Source of the DNA: Bacillota bacterium
GTDB taxonomy: Bacteria > Bacillota > UBA4882 > JBLNCG01
Reading direction: 5' to 3'
DNA length: 64,000 nucleotides
NCBI GenBank assembly: GCA_050260475.1
Contig: JBLNCG010000061.1
Coordinates: 6,851 to 70,850, forward strand
Position numbers and translations under genes: made by a program. Positions 29,514 to 40,338 of this stretch are shown here, piece by piece (the first letter of the stretch is position 1; the number at the start of each line of letters is the position of its first letter). Below the pieces are notes generated by a model. That model did no database searches and was not told where the DNA came from. It saw only the letters and a program-made list of their open reading frames with translations.

Positions 29514-30026
29514 TTACGAAACCATGCGATACTTTTCGACCATCCTTTGAAATTCCTTGAAGCCCTTCGCATCGCTAAATGCCCGACAGGGTATAATGAA
29601 CGCCCTCGCCTTCACTCCGAAAATACAAGTGTAATCCCGGGTATTAACAACACGGTATATTTCGCTCCATGACAGATCCCCCCTGGCGCTCCTGATCCCT
29701 TCCGCAGTGATGTCCATCCCGACAATACCCAGTTTGTTACGATTCTTGTCCAGCGACGCCGACACCCCCCTGCGCACCAGAACTTTGATTTGCCGGGGAT
29801 AGATGAATAGCCACGCGATCACTCCCAAAAGACCGAGAAAAACTCCGGTTACACTCGCCCTGCCGTCAACGAACGGCTTCAACACAACCCCCATATAAAA
29901 GACCAAAGGCAGTCCCCATTTTAAAAGAGCCCTGGTAATCCGGGTTTCCTTTGTATGCATGTAATGATGATAATTGATGTTCACCAGATCATCCACATCC
30001 ATCCTATATTCCAAATGCATCTTCAA
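29514..30026 (-). CDS. YcxB-like small membrane protein
   Basis: 170 aa with two central TM helices followed by a soluble C-domain (YcxB-like architecture). Confidence 0.4.
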   Translation of the reverse strand: MKMHLEYRMDVDDLVNINYHHYMHTKETRITRALLKWGLPLVFYMGVVLKPFVDGRASVTGVFLGLLGVIAWLFIYPRQIKVLVRRGVSASLDKNRNKLGIVGMDITAEGIRSARGDLSWSEIYRVVNTRDYTCIFGVKARAFIIPCRAFSDAKGFKEFQRMVEKYRMVS

Positions 30027-30277
30027 TACCCCTTTAGCAATTTTTACGGTGTATTTTTAATATTATATACCCCGGAAGAAATTCCTGCCTTGAACCGCGA
30101 ACCTGCCAAAGGGACCGGTTTTCCGGCACATATAAAAAAAGCGGAAAGATCCGCGTTTTAATACCACGTTGAACCGCCTGAACTTCTATGTTTGCCGGGA
30201 GAATTTGCGGGATGCGAGCTGAAACAGACTTGCCATCAAAGCGATGGCGAAGGCGGTCCAATATCCTGGAAAAGTGA

Positions 30278-30319
30278 AGCCATTTACATATTTTGAATTA
30301 AGGTAACAAGGCAATTGCC
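30278..30319 (+). repeat. Terminal fragment of the palindromic intergenic repeat
   Basis: AAGCCATTTACATATTTTGAATTAAGGTAACAAGGCAATTGCC. Confidence 0.55.
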
Positions 30320-30378
30320 TTGTATAAAAGAGCGGTAATTTTTTAGATTAGCAATGTCTGCTCCTCTAGGATTAGTCT

Positions 30379-31674
30379 TTACATTGCCGATGGCATCTCC
30401 GTAACGCTTTTCATCTTACGGTTGTAATGAAACCTCGTCAGAATGCAAATACAAACCAGGAGTATCGCGATGGACGCAATATAAATGAGGGGTTGGCAAA
30501 TGTCATACAGATAGCCGGAAACAAAGCCGAAGACGGCGCTTGTGATCATGGTGATGGTGTTATTCAGGGCGAAGACGCCGGCCCGTTCCCTGCCGGAGGT
30601 GACATCCGCCAGAAAGGTGTCGATAAAAGGCTTGGTGACTGCATAACCCGTTGCGAAAACAGCCACGCTCACCACAGCGAGAAGAAAGTGGCCCCGGGGT
30701 ATGAACACCATCATGGTCAGCGACAGAATCTGCAGCAGGATGCCCCAGACCATAATAGGGATATGGTTGCGCTTGGAAAGGACCGGCATGACCAGGGAGA
30801 ATACTAAAAGCATCATAAGTGAAAGGACTCCTCCTAAAAAGGAGATGGCGGATTTGTCCAGTTTCAGGACTTCGGTCAGGTAGGGGGCGAAATAAAGGCT
30901 GTTGAAGGTGCCCACGGGAAGGTAGGCGTTAAATAAAACCAGCAGCCAGGAAGCCATTTTCACATCCGGTTTGCCCTTATAGGCATCAAGAGCGGGCCTG
31001 TAAAGATTACGGCGCCACAACGCCTTTCCCTTTTCCCTGTGCTCCTTAAGTATCTCAAGTCCTATTTTGGTCTCCCTGAAATAATGGTGGCGCGCTATAA
31101 TCATCACGGACATGCTTACCGCGGCGAAAACCAGCAGAATCTTTTCCGCCCGGATGATACCAAGGTGCAGTACAAGCAATCCCGCAAGAGGTGTCAGGAC
31201 CCCGGTGGAAATATTGATGATGTTCAGCCAGTTGAAGGCGCCTACCTGCTGCCGCCGGTCCGCGTCCTCCACTATCATCAGGTTCCAGGAAACCGATACA
31301 ATTCGTACGGTGCTGTTGATGAGGGTAGCCAAGACAAAGATCCAATAGCTTCCACCGATGAGGTAAAACAATACGGCGCCGGGCCAGGAGATCATGTCAA
31401 AAATCAGGGTGGTCATTCTTCTCCCCCAGGCGTCGGTGACGATGCCGCTGAAAAAAGAAAAAAGAGCCCCAAATATGAATCCCAGTGATATGAGGTATCC
31501 GATCTCCCTTTTGGTGACTCCCTGGCTCATCATGTAAAGGCTTAGATAAAACTTATATAGAAAATACGGCAAGCCCCATAAAGGCTGGAATAAAACGGCG
31601 ATCCGCGCATTGCCCTTAAGGGCATGAAACGATCTGAACAGATTCTCGGAGCGGTCAGGCATATGTGATTCCAT
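30379..31674 (-). CDS. MFS transporter
   Basis: 431 aa with 12 predicted TM helices. The loop motif GIVTDAWGRRMT resembles MFS motif A. Confidence 0.8.
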   Translation of the reverse strand: MESHMPDRSENLFRSFHALKGNARIAVLFQPLWGLPYFLYKFYLSLYMMSQGVTKREIGYLISLGFIFGALFSFFSGIVTDAWGRRMTTLIFDMISWPGAVLFYLIGGSYWIFVLATLINSTVRIVSVSWNLMIVEDADRRQQVGAFNWLNIINISTGVLTPLAGLLVLHLGIIRAEKILLVFAAVSMSVMIIARHHYFRETKIGLEILKEHREKGKALWRRNLYRPALDAYKGKPDVKMASWLLVLFNAYLPVGTFNSLYFAPYLTEVLKLDKSAISFLGGVLSLMMLLVFSLVMPVLSKRNHIPIMVWGILLQILSLTMMVFIPRGHFLLAVVSVAVFATGYAVTKPFIDTFLADVTSGRERAGVFALNNTITMITSAVFGFVSGYLYDICQPLIYIASIAILLVCICILTRFHYNRKMKSVTEMPSAM

Positions 31675-31744
31675 CTTTCATTCGTAATCATCGTAACCTT
31701 CTTGATGGGGATTTCAATACCTTCCCGCAAATTGTTACCGATTT

Positions 31745-31773
31745 ATAAAAAATCCCGGTTGCCCAGCAACCCG
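31745..31773 (-). terminator. Rho-independent terminator downstream of prfB
   Basis: On the reverse strand CGGTTGC-TGG-GCAACCG is followed by GGATTTTTTAT. Confidence 0.55.
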
Positions 31774-31819
31774 CCGTGGTACCGTCCAATGCCATACCTT
31801 GCCACGTTCCGACACGTTC

Positions 31820-32927
31820 CTACGCAACGCCGGCTTTCCTCCATTTCAGGTATCCTTCGATGAATGCGTCCAATTCTCCGTCCATCACAGCCTCCACGTT
31901 TCCCGTTTCCACCTCCGTACGGTGGTCCTTCACCATGGTATACGGGCAGAATACATAGGAACGAATCTGGCTCCCCCAGGCGATGTCCTGGTGTTCGCCG
32001 CGCAATTCCGAAAGCTTGGTCTCCTGTTCCTGCCGTTTCCGCTCCGCGAGTTTGGCCGCAAGGAGCTTCATAGCAGTGGCGCGGTTCTGGATCTGGGATC
32101 GCTCATTCTGACAGGTAACCACGATTCCGGTAGGAAGGTGGGTGATCCTGATGGCGGATTCGGTTTTGTTCACGTGCTGCCCACCGGCCCCTCCGGAGCG
32201 GAAGGTGTCCACTTTGATCTCCGTAGAATCGATCTGCACATCCTCGTCGTCTTCCAGTTCGGGTAAAATGTCCACGGATGAAAACGAGGTGTGGCGCCGC
32301 GAATTGGCGTCGAAAGGGGAGATGCGCACCAGCCTGTGCACGCCTTTTTCCCCTTTCAAATAACCGTAAGCATTGGTTCCGGAGATTAGAACGGTGGAGC
32401 TTTTAATGCCTGCTTCCTCCCCGGGCAGGAAGTCGATCAACTCGGTTTGAAACCCGGACCGCTCCGCCCACCGCAAATACATGCGCTGCAACATTTCGGC
32501 CCAATCCTGGGATTCAGTGCCGCCCGCGCCGGCGTGGATGATCAGGTAGGCGTTGCGGCTGTCGTATTCCCCCGAAAGCAGAGTGGTAAGCTCCATCTGC
32601 TCAAGGTCTTTCCCCAAAGCGGATAAATCGGCGGCAAATTCGCTCTCCAGCTCAGCATCCCCGGCTACCAGTTCCAGGATCTCCAACAGATCCTGCTGGC
32701 GCTTTTCCAGCATGGATATTTTTTCCACCTGATTTTTTAGGCCGTTCAATTCTTTCAATAGTTTTTGAGCCTTTTGCGGATCGTTCCAGAGATCCTGCTT
32801 TTGGCTCTCCCGTTCCAGTTCGTTTATCTTCCGTATTTTTCCGGGCAGGTCAAAGATAATTCCTCATTTCATCCATCCGCTGCCCCAGTCCTTTAATCTC
32901 CCTCTTTGCCTCAGCCGTATCCAACAT
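31820..32927 (-). CDS. prfB: Peptide chain release factor 2, with programmed +1 ribosomal frameshift at CTT TGA C (shift site 32850..32855)
   Basis: RBS GGGAG then ATG 32927. The first 25 codons are MLDTAEAKREIKGLGQRMDEMRNYL, followed by in-frame TGA preceded by the SD-like GAGG, which is the classic RF2 autoregulatory site. The +1 frame continues DLPGKIRKINELERESQ... into the body carrying SPF (VRISPFDANSRRHTS) and GGQ (RSGGAGGQHVNKTES). Confidence 0.92.
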
Positions 32928-32992
32928 TGTCGTCACTCCCGTTTTTTCAATTATCACACCAGCAATCAGTAAACAGTAATAATCACTTAAGT

Positions 32993-35617
32993 TCATGCCG
33001 TCATGCCGCAGCATTTCTTATATTTCTTTCCGCTGCCGCAGGGGCAGGGGGCATTGCGGCCTACTTTTTTACCGACCTGGCGCTGTATGACCTTGGGCCC
33101 TCCGTCTTCTCCCCGGTTGATGGAGATGTTCCGGGCGCGCTGCGCCGCAAGCATTGAATCTTCTGTCTCAATTCTGACATGGAAAAGCATGCGGACCACT
33201 TCATCCTCGATATTTTCCTGCATCTCCTGAAACATCCTGGAGGCCTCGAATTTATAGGCCAGCAAAGGATCCTGCTGCCCATACGCCCGCAGTCCGATGC
33301 CCTCCCGCAGGTCGTCCATCTCCCGCAGATGAACCATCCAGTAATCATTGATCGCTTTCAACATGACCAGGCGTTCCAGATTCCGAAGTTCCCCGGGAGG
33401 GATCTCCTTCTCCCGCTCCTGGTAACATGCCCTTGCCATATGCCTTAGGCGCTCAATCAACTTCTGGCTGTTGTTCTCTTCAAGCTCCCCGGGTTTCAGC
33501 GAACCATGCTTAAGAAAAAAGGTTTCCAGTTCCGCAAGAAGCCCGGCCAAATCGCATTCCTCGGGCATGGACCGTTCCGGAACATAGCGAAGAACGTACC
33601 TTTTGACCAAATGATCGATCATGCCAAGCACCGTGTCGTGTACGTCCTCCCCCAGCAGGAGCAGCTTTCTTTGCTTATACACCGCGATGCGCTGCTGGTT
33701 CATCACATCGTCGTATTCCAGGACATGCTTGCGGATGTCGAAATTATGCATTTCCACTCTGCGCTGGGCGTGCTCGATGCGGCGGCTGATGAATTTGCTT
33801 TCAATAGTGACATCCTCTTCCCATATTTTCCCCATCATCCGGGAAATGTTCTCCCCGCCGAAAAGCCGCATCAAATCGTCTTCCAGCGACACGTAAAAAC
33901 GGGATGATCCGGGATCCCCCTGGCGCCCGGATCGCCCGCGGAGCTGATTGTCGATGCGCCGGCTTTCATGCCTCTCGGTACCCAGGATATGCAGCCCGCC
34001 CAGTTCGATTACCTTCCTTTGCTCCTCTTTGTGGTCCTGCCGGATTTTGCTCTTCAACTCATCGATCTGTCCGGGCGTAAGATCCTTTTTGCTTTGCAGG
34101 ACGCTTTTTAAGACGGCATCCGGATTGCCCCCGAGAATAATATCGGTTCCGCGCCCGGCCATGTTGGTAGCGATGGTCACCGCCCCCAGGCGCCCGGCCT
34201 GGGCCACGATTTCCGCTTCCCTTTCATGGTGCTTCGCGTTCAATACTTGATGGGGGATGCCCCGTTTTTTCAGCATCTCGCTCAACCGTTCGGATTTTTC
34301 GATGGAGATGGTACCTACCAGCACCGGCTGCTTTCTGCCATACAATTGGACGATCTCTTCCACGACCGCCTTGAATTTGGCCTCCTCCGACTTGTAGATC
34401 ATATCCGGATGGTCCACGCGGATCATGGGCAGGTAAGTGGGTATTACCACCACCGGAAGGTTGTAAATCTTTCTGAATTCCGCCTCTTCCGTTTCCGCGG
34501 TGCCCGTCATGCCCGCAAGCTTGCCGTACATGCGGAAATAGTTCTGAAACGTGATGGATGCCAGCGTCTGGCTTTCATGCTCGATGCGCACGTTCTCTTT
34601 GGCCTCGATGGCCTGATGGAGCCCGTCGCTGTACCGGCGCCCATACATGAGCCGTCCCGTAAATTCGTCCACAATAATAACTTCGCCGTCTTTAACAACA
34701 TAATCCCGATCCCGCTTCATCAGCTCTTTGGCACGCAAGGCCTGGTTTAAATGGTGTACCAGATCCACCCGGCTGTCCTCATAGATATTCTTAATCCCCA
34801 GAAGCTGCTCCACGTGATTTAAGCCTTCTTCAGTGACCACCACGGTATGGGCCTTTTCGTCCACCGTATAATCCACATCCTTGCGGATCCTCGGCACCAG
34901 GCGGGCGAATTTATAATACAGCTCGGTGGATTCCTCAGCCTGACCCGAAATAATTAGCGGCGTTCTGGCCTCATCGATGAGAATGCTGTCCACTTCGTCC
35001 ACAATGGCGAAATTCAGCTTCCTTTGCACCATCTCCTCGGCCTGAAACACCATATTGTCCCGGAGATAGTCGAATCCGAACTCGTTGTTGGTCCCATAGG
35101 TGATATCCGCGTTATATGCCGTTTTCCTCTCCTGATAATCCAGGTTGTGCAGGATGGCGCCCACGGAAAGCCCGAGAAATTTATGGATGGCGCCCATCCA
35201 TTCGCTGTCGCGCTTGGCCAGATAATCGTTGACGGTGACAATATGAACTCCCTCGCCGGTAAGGGCGTTTAAATACGATGGAAAAACCGCGGCCAAAGTT
35301 TTTCCCTCGCCGGTTTTCATTTCCGCGATTTTCCCTTCATGAAGTACTACGCCCACGATCAACTGTGTGTCAAAAGCCCTTTGCCCTATAGTCCGCCAAG
35401 CCGCTTCCCGGACCACCGCAAAGACCCTCGTCAGCAAATCGTCAAGCGATTCCCCGCGGCTGAGCCTCTCCTTGAATTCCGCGGTCTTCGCCGCAAGTTC
35501 CGCATCGGAAAGGTTTTTCATCTCAGGCTCCAGGGCGTTAATCGCCTCCACTACCGGCGCAATCCGCTTCAGTTCCTTTTCATTGGTATCCCATAAGTTT
35601 TTCAACCAATTCCACAT
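32993..35617 (-). CDS. secA: Preprotein translocase ATPase SecA
   Basis: 874 aa with DEAD-like motor motifs and the C-terminal zinc-binding tail [14 protein letters not shown]. secA-prfB synteny is conserved in Firmicutes. Confidence 0.97.
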   Translation of the reverse strand: MWNWLKNLWDTNEKELKRIAPVVEAINALEPEMKNLSDAELAAKTAEFKERLSRGESLDDLLTRVFAVVREAAWRTIGQRAFDTQLIVGVVLHEGKIAEMKTGEGKTLAAVFPSYLNALTGEGVHIVTVNDYLAKRDSEWMGAIHKFLGLSVGAILHNLDYQERKTAYNADITYGTNNEFGFDYLRDNMVFQAEEMVQRKLNFAIVDEVDSILIDEARTPLIISGQAEESTELYYKFARLVPRIRKDVDYTVDEKAHTVVVTEEGLNHVEQLLGIKNIYEDSRVDLVHHLNQALRAKELMKRDRDYVVKDGEVIIVDEFTGRLMYGRRYSDGLHQAIEAKENVRIEHESQTLASITFQNYFRMYGKLAGMTGTAETEEAEFRKIYNLPVVVIPTYLPMIRVDHPDMIYKSEEAKFKAVVEEIVQLYGRKQPVLVGTISIEKSERLSEMLKKRGIPHQVLNAKHHEREAEIVAQAGRLGAVTIATNMAGRGTDIILGGNPDAVLKSVLQSKKDLTPGQIDELKSKIRQDHKEEQRKVIELGGLHILGTERHESRRIDNQLRGRSGRQGDPGSSRFYVSLEDDLMRLFGGENISRMMGKIWEEDVTIESKFISRRIEHAQRRVEMHNFDIRKHVLEYDDVMNQQRIAVYKQRKLLLLGEDVHDTVLGMIDHLVKRYVLRYVPERSMPEECDLAGLLAELETFFLKHGSLKPGELEENNSQKLIERLRHMARACYQEREKEIPPGELRNLERLVMLKAINDYWMVHLREMDDLREGIGLRAYGQQDPLLAYKFEASRMFQEMQENIEDEVVRMLFHVRIETEDSMLAAQRARNISINRGEDGGPKVIQRQVGKKVGRNAPCPCGSGKKYKKCCGMTA

Positions 35618-35787
35618 CTATAGTACCTCCCGGCAATAGAACCGGCAATTAAATACGTCCGAATTTCAAGCCTTTCGAAACCGATTGATAACTTAAATCA
35701 CCGGTTATAAAAATCATTTCAACAAATTGTACCACGCAATATTATAACACTTAGTGGTTGTTTACGCAAATTCCCGATTTTGATCAA

Positions 35788-35843
35788 CACTATATTTTAG
35801 TGGCAAGACCTTGAATTGAATTAATGTAACAACGCAATTGCCC
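35788..35843 (+). repeat. Half copy of the palindromic intergenic repeat
   Basis: CACTATATTTTAGTGGCAAGACCTTGAATTGAATTAATGTAACAACGCAATTGCCC. It borders the low-GC island. Confidence 0.7.
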
Positions 35844-35917
35844 TTAATTTAATTTTAATTGATTATTAAACCCATATATGGTAAAATTTTAAATAACATA
35901 AAAAAAGGAGGGTATTT

Positions 35918-36775
35918 ATGCGTAAAACATTTCTGATATGCGTATTTTTATTGTTATTATCCAACATGATTATATCTGCTCAAGGTGCATTTATTCTGTC
36001 ATCGGCGATCCCCGGAACCTATGCTCTGACTCCTGTGGATTCCCAAAAAACCAGATGTGATATAGAAAGCGAAATGCTCCCTTTGGATCAAATAAACGTG
36101 GATATCCCCCAAAAAAATACCATCAATAAAGCTTTTTATGTCCCGATAATTCCTGGTTCTTATAATGATGTTCTCGCTGACTATAATGAATACTTCTCCG
36201 CTAAAATCAACTTGGGTGAAAAAGATTATGCCATATATACAGGGAAAAAAACGAACAAAGTAAACGAAAAGGAAATACTTACCTTTTTTTACGGCATTGA
36301 TATAAATAATAATGGAATGCTTGAAGGTAACGAATATAAAATGGATTATTTTTTATCCTACGATCCTGATAAACATGTGTATTACGTATGGCTTAATAAA
36401 AACCGGTTTAAATTTGATATTCCTTATAACATCAACGGCATGGAAGAAACAAAAACACTCAGCGTTTACATGACTTATCTTATACAAAGGGGCTGGAGTA
36501 AGCTATGGCTTGAGGTAGATACATACTTTAGCGGCAGAGTTCTTTTATCCAACAATATTGAAATAAATATCGCAATTATGGACGGTAATAACAACGGCGT
36601 TTTCAACGATAAAGAGGATCTTATCCTGGTTGATTCAAATAAAAACTCCCGATTTGAAGAACAGGAAGCCATGCAGCTTCGCAAGGAATTCAAAATCGGC
36701 AAGGGAAAATACCGCTTCGCCCTGGACGGGCCTTATCCGACGAAAATAACCGTGGAACCGGCGCCGGAAAAATAA
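35918..36775 (+). CDS. Secreted protein with two canonical EF-hand calcium-binding loops, encoded in a low-GC (~35%) island
   Basis: RBS AAGGAGGG. Signal peptide MRKTFLICVFLLLLSNMIISAQG. The loops DINNNGMLEGNE and DGNNNGVFNDKE fit the 12-residue EF-hand consensus (D-x-N-x-N-G-x-hydrophobic-x-x-x-E). Local composition differs sharply from the window. Confidence 0.6.
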   Translation: MRKTFLICVFLLLLSNMIISAQGAFILSSAIPGTYALTPVDSQKTRCDIESEMLPLDQINVDIPQKNTINKAFYVPIIPGSYNDVLADYNEYFSAKINLGEKDYAIYTGKKTNKVNEKEILTFFYGIDINNNGMLEGNEYKMDYFLSYDPDKHVYYVWLNKNRFKFDIPYNINGMEETKTLSVYMTYLIQRGWSKLWLEVDTYFSGRVLLSNNIEINIAIMDGNNNGVFNDKEDLILVDSNKNSRFEEQEAMQLRKEFKIGKGKYRFALDGPYPTKITVEPAPEK

Positions 36776-36806
36776 TTACCTGAATGAAACTTATGTAACG
36801 GAAAAC

Positions 36807-36843
36807 AGGGGCCGTCCTTTATGAGTCGACCCCCTTTTTCTTT
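36807..36843 (+). terminator. Terminator hairpin (AGGGG...CCCCT) followed by TTTTCTTT, between two convergent genes
   Basis: Imperfect stem followed by a T-run immediately after the stop of 35918..36775. Confidence 0.4.
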
Positions 36844-36848
36844 GCTGA

Positions 36849-37187
36849 TTAAAGCGCTGTCTTTCCTTCCTCTCCCGTACGGATTCGGACAACATCGTCC
36901 ACATTGGTCACAAATATTTTCCCATCTCCGATTTCACCCGTTCTGGCGTTTTCGATTATCGTTTTCTTAATAATGTCCACTTCCGCATCCTGAACGACGA
37001 CTTCCAATTTTATCTTGGATATCAAGTCCACCTTGTATTTTTCACCCCGCCACTGCTGGACAAGGCCTTTTTGTTTGCCGTGGCCTTCAATTTCGGATAT
37101 CATCAAGCCTGAATAGCCCACTTGATTAAGCGCCCGCCTGATGTCTTCCAGTTTTTCCGGCCTGATAATCGCCGTGACATTTTTCAT
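36849..37187 (-). CDS. glnK: Nitrogen regulatory protein P-II
   Basis: 112 aa of the GlnB/GlnK family (T-loop region GHGKQKG). It lies immediately downstream of amt. Confidence 0.93.
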   Translation of the reverse strand: MKNVTAIIRPEKLEDIRRALNQVGYSGLMISEIEGHGKQKGLVQQWRGEKYKVDLISKIKLEVVVQDAEVDIIKKTIIENARTGEIGDGKIFVTNVDDVVRIRTGEEGKTAL

Positions 37188-37188
37188 T

Positions 37189-38559
37189 TTATTTAGCCTC
37201 CTTCAGCACTGTATGACCGCCGGATATGGTGGCGTTAAAACCATTTGAACCCATAACCGCATGAATAGGTTTCCGGGCGGGAAATTCCGGATAGGCGGTA
37301 TTGCCGTGTTCACCGATATCAAGACCTTCGATTTCCTCCTGCAGACTGACACGGATTCCAAAAGTCAGCTTAATAATAATCCAGGCGGCTATTGATATGG
37401 CAAATACGAATACCGCCACGCCAAGTACCCCGGATAACTGCGTAAAGAGCAGTTTGAAGCCGCCCCCGAAAAGAAGGCCGTTTCCTGTTGCAGTTCCGGT
37501 AATGGAATTCTGTGCAAAGAGGCCTAACGCCAGCGTGCCGAATACCCCGTTTACCAGATGAACCGATAAAGCGCCGACGGGATCGTCTATTTTTAAACGA
37601 TCAAACATTATGACCGAAAATACTACCAAAATTCCGGCAATTGCCCCGATAATCACGGAACTTCCTACATTTACAAAGGCGCAAGACGCAGTGATGGCAA
37701 CCAAACCCGCCAGGCATCCGTTCAGGGTCATGCCCAGATCGGGCTTGCCTAAAAGCACCCAGGCTAATGCGGTAGAGCTTAAAACAGCCGCAATCGCCGC
37801 GGTATTCGTGGTCATAAGGATATGGGATATCGCTTTCGGATCGGCAGCCATAGTAGAGCCGGGGTTGAATCCGAACCATCCGAGCCAGAGTACGAAAGCG
37901 CCGATGGTAGCGATGCTCATATTATGGCCGGGGATAGGATTGATTTTGCCGTCCTTCGTATACTTGCCGAAACGCGGACCGAGCATCAATATTCCGGCCA
38001 ATGCCGCCCACCCTCCCACGGAATGGACCGCCGTGGAGCCTGCGAAATCGAACATCCCCATATTTGCCAGCCATCCGCCGCCCCAGATCCAGTGGCCGAC
38101 GACGGGGTAAATCACCACTGCCATTACGAAAGTGAACATTATAAAAGAGAGGTATTTAATCCTTTCCGCGACAGCCCCGGAAACTATAGTTGCCGCCGTT
38201 CCGCAAAAAACCAAATGAAAGAAAAATTTGGCCAAAAGCGGCACTCCCGTCCAGGATAGCGCGGAATAAACGCCCCTGTATGCCGCGCCGACTGCAGGCG
38301 AATTATCCGCTCCACTGATGAACCACAACCCTTTTAGTCCGACAAACGGATTGCCGTCTCCGAACATGAGCCCCCACCCCAACAGAAGAAATCCAAGGGA
38401 AGATATGGCAAAGACAATGAAATTCTTGGACAATATATTGACGCAATTCTTGGCGCGGGCAAAACCTGATTCCACCATGGCAAACCCCAGGTTCATGAAG
38501 AATACCAGCATCGCTGCCAATAGGACCCATAATGTGTCTAAAACCACTTTAACATCCAT
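37189..38559 (-). CDS. amt: Ammonium transporter
   Basis: 456-aa Amt/MEP family protein with multiple TM helices and conserved Amt Phe/His gate residues. It forms an operon with glnK. Confidence 0.93.
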   Translation of the reverse strand: MDVKVVLDTLWVLLAAMLVFFMNLGFAMVESGFARAKNCVNILSKNFIVFAISSLGFLLLGWGLMFGDGNPFVGLKGLWFISGADNSPAVGAAYRGVYSALSWTGVPLLAKFFFHLVFCGTAATIVSGAVAERIKYLSFIMFTFVMAVVIYPVVGHWIWGGGWLANMGMFDFAGSTAVHSVGGWAALAGILMLGPRFGKYTKDGKINPIPGHNMSIATIGAFVLWLGWFGFNPGSTMAADPKAISHILMTTNTAAIAAVLSSTALAWVLLGKPDLGMTLNGCLAGLVAITASCAFVNVGSSVIIGAIAGILVVFSVIMFDRLKIDDPVGALSVHLVNGVFGTLALGLFAQNSITGTATGNGLLFGGGFKLLFTQLSGVLGVAVFVFAISIAAWIIIKLTFGIRVSLQEEIEGLDIGEHGNTAYPEFPARKPIHAVMGSNGFNATISGGHTVLKEAK

Positions 38560-38817
38560 TGCTTTCCCTCCCGCTTTTATTATTTCATTCGTGAATATGG
38601 ACGCGTTTTAAATTGCCCGCATCACCTCCTTTATTTAATAACAGCCGGTATAGCGTCTAAAAGTACTTTCCGCCCGGCCCGGATATGTATATAAAAAAGC
38701 GCCTACGCAGACCATGCTATAGACGCCTTTGCCGGGATACACCTTCGTATCGGATAAATTTATAGAATTGTCAGACTAAGGCTTTCCTGTTTCCCCGCGG
38801 GATGTGAATGGCGTTGG

Positions 38818-38865
38818 CTTTTAAAAATTAAGAAGGCGACCTGTCTTTTCGGGACAGACGCCTTC
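38818..38865 (-). terminator. Leader terminator/attenuator in the 5' region of amt-glnK (reverse-strand hairpin GAAGGCGTCTGTCCCGAAAAGACAGGTCGCCTTC followed by TTAATTTTTAAAAG)
   Basis: A near-perfect 15-bp stem sits ~270 nt upstream of the amt start codon and is followed by a U-rich tract. This fits ANTAR-controlled antitermination by the adjacent GAF-ANTAR protein. Confidence 0.55.
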
Positions 38866-39054
38866 GCCTTCAAATACGCCTTTGTATTTATGAATTCATA
38901 ATACCAAATAAGGGTTTGGAAGTCAAGGCGGCTGCCTCGTAAAAATCCAACTTTTCATATGGTAAAAAACGCTCTAAGACAATGCTTTTCATGGACAAAT
39001 AGTTCTTTAACAGAGCACGTCTTTATGCTAATATTGTTATGTGGAGGGAAACGC

Positions 39055-40284
39055 ATGAATTTAGAAATGAAGGAACTTCAACTTCTGCATCTTTTAAATA
39101 AGACAGTGGGTTCCTCACTGGAGATAAACAAAATCCTGCAGCAAATCGTGGAAATAGTCCGCGATATCACCGGGGGGGACAGTTGCTTCATCTACCTGCT
39201 TGACCAAAAACGGAAACGTCTGGTACTGAAAGCTTCATGGAAAAAACACAGCAGGATCCTGGATCAGATATCGGTCAAATTGGGGGAAGGAATCACCGGC
39301 TGGGTCGCGCAGGCAAAAACGCCTGTATCCATTGCCTATAAAGCCTATAACGATTCCCGATTCAAGTATTTTCCCCGGCTGCCCGAGGACAAATTTGAGG
39401 CGTTCCTTTCTGTGCCGGTTATTTCCAATGATAAATTAATCGGAGTCATCAACGTTCAGCACGCCAAGCCGCATGAATACACCGAAACCGAGATCGCCCT
39501 TGCCGCCACCGCCGCCCAGTATGCCGGGGTTTCCATCATCAATGCGCGGCTTTACGAAGAGGCCCGTAAAAAGAACTCCCAACTGGAAGCGCTATTCCAG
39601 ATCAGTCAGTCACTGGTCTCCAACAAATATTTTGAGGAAATCCTCACATTTATAGCCACGACCACGGCTGAAATCGTCAAGGTCAGCGTATGCTCCATCA
39701 TGCTGATAAACGGCGATAAAAAATCCTTTCGCTTCAAAGCCATCTCCTGCCCGGATCAGGTTTATCACCGCGATATCAGCATACCCATTCAAAGCACTGT
39801 TTGCGGCCAGACCTACCGGACCAGCAGACCCGTTTACGTGGCTGATGTTCGCCGGGAATCCAAATTTGCGTTGCCGGATTTCGCGAAAAAATACAACCTT
39901 TGCTCCATGCTCTCCGTTCCGATGATGTGCAAGAATGAAATGATGGGCGTAGTGAACGTTTACACAGTCAAACCCCACGAGTTCAGCGAAGAGGAGATCA
40001 GCCTGCTGCAGGCGGTGGCCAATCATGCGGCGGCGGCTATTCACCACACCAGGCTTGCTCAGGAGATCGATAAAACCAAGAACGACCTGATGACCCATAA
40101 AAAACTGCAGCGCGCGAAAAGTATCCTGATCAACAATTATAAGATTTCGGAAGAGGAAGCGCACCGGCTGATCCTGAAAAAAAGCATGGATCTCGGCAGG
40201 CCCCTGCTGGAAATCGCAGAGGCCATCATCACAGGCGCAATAGTCCGGCCAGGCATGAACGACCTTACCGGAGACGCGGAGTGA
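39055..40284 (+). CDS. GAF-GAF-ANTAR RNA-binding antitermination regulator
   Basis: RBS GGAGGG then ATG 39055. Two GAF domains. The C-terminal ANTAR helix bundle is HKKLQRAKSILINNYKISEEEAHRLILKKSMDLGRPLLEIAEAII. It is divergent from amt-glnK. Confidence 0.8.
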   Translation: MNLEMKELQLLHLLNKTVGSSLEINKILQQIVEIVRDITGGDSCFIYLLDQKRKRLVLKASWKKHSRILDQISVKLGEGITGWVAQAKTPVSIAYKAYNDSRFKYFPRLPEDKFEAFLSVPVISNDKLIGVINVQHAKPHEYTETEIALAATAAQYAGVSIINARLYEEARKKNSQLEALFQISQSLVSNKYFEEILTFIATTTAEIVKVSVCSIMLINGDKKSFRFKAISCPDQVYHRDISIPIQSTVCGQTYRTSRPVYVADVRRESKFALPDFAKKYNLCSMLSVPMMCKNEMMGVVNVYTVKPHEFSEEEISLLQAVANHAAAAIHHTRLAQEIDKTKNDLMTHKKLQRAKSILINNYKISEEEAHRLILKKSMDLGRPLLEIAEAIITGAIVRPGMNDLTGDAE

Positions 40285-40338
40285 AAAGGGGATATAACAT
40301 TCTTACATTCGCCACAAACTTGAATAGGAGGACCTGAA

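Noticed and set aside
33179-34750. Several + strand ORFs (33506..33907, 34226..34750 and others) opposite secA
   Set aside because: secA is unambiguous on the reverse strand, so these are antisense artefacts.
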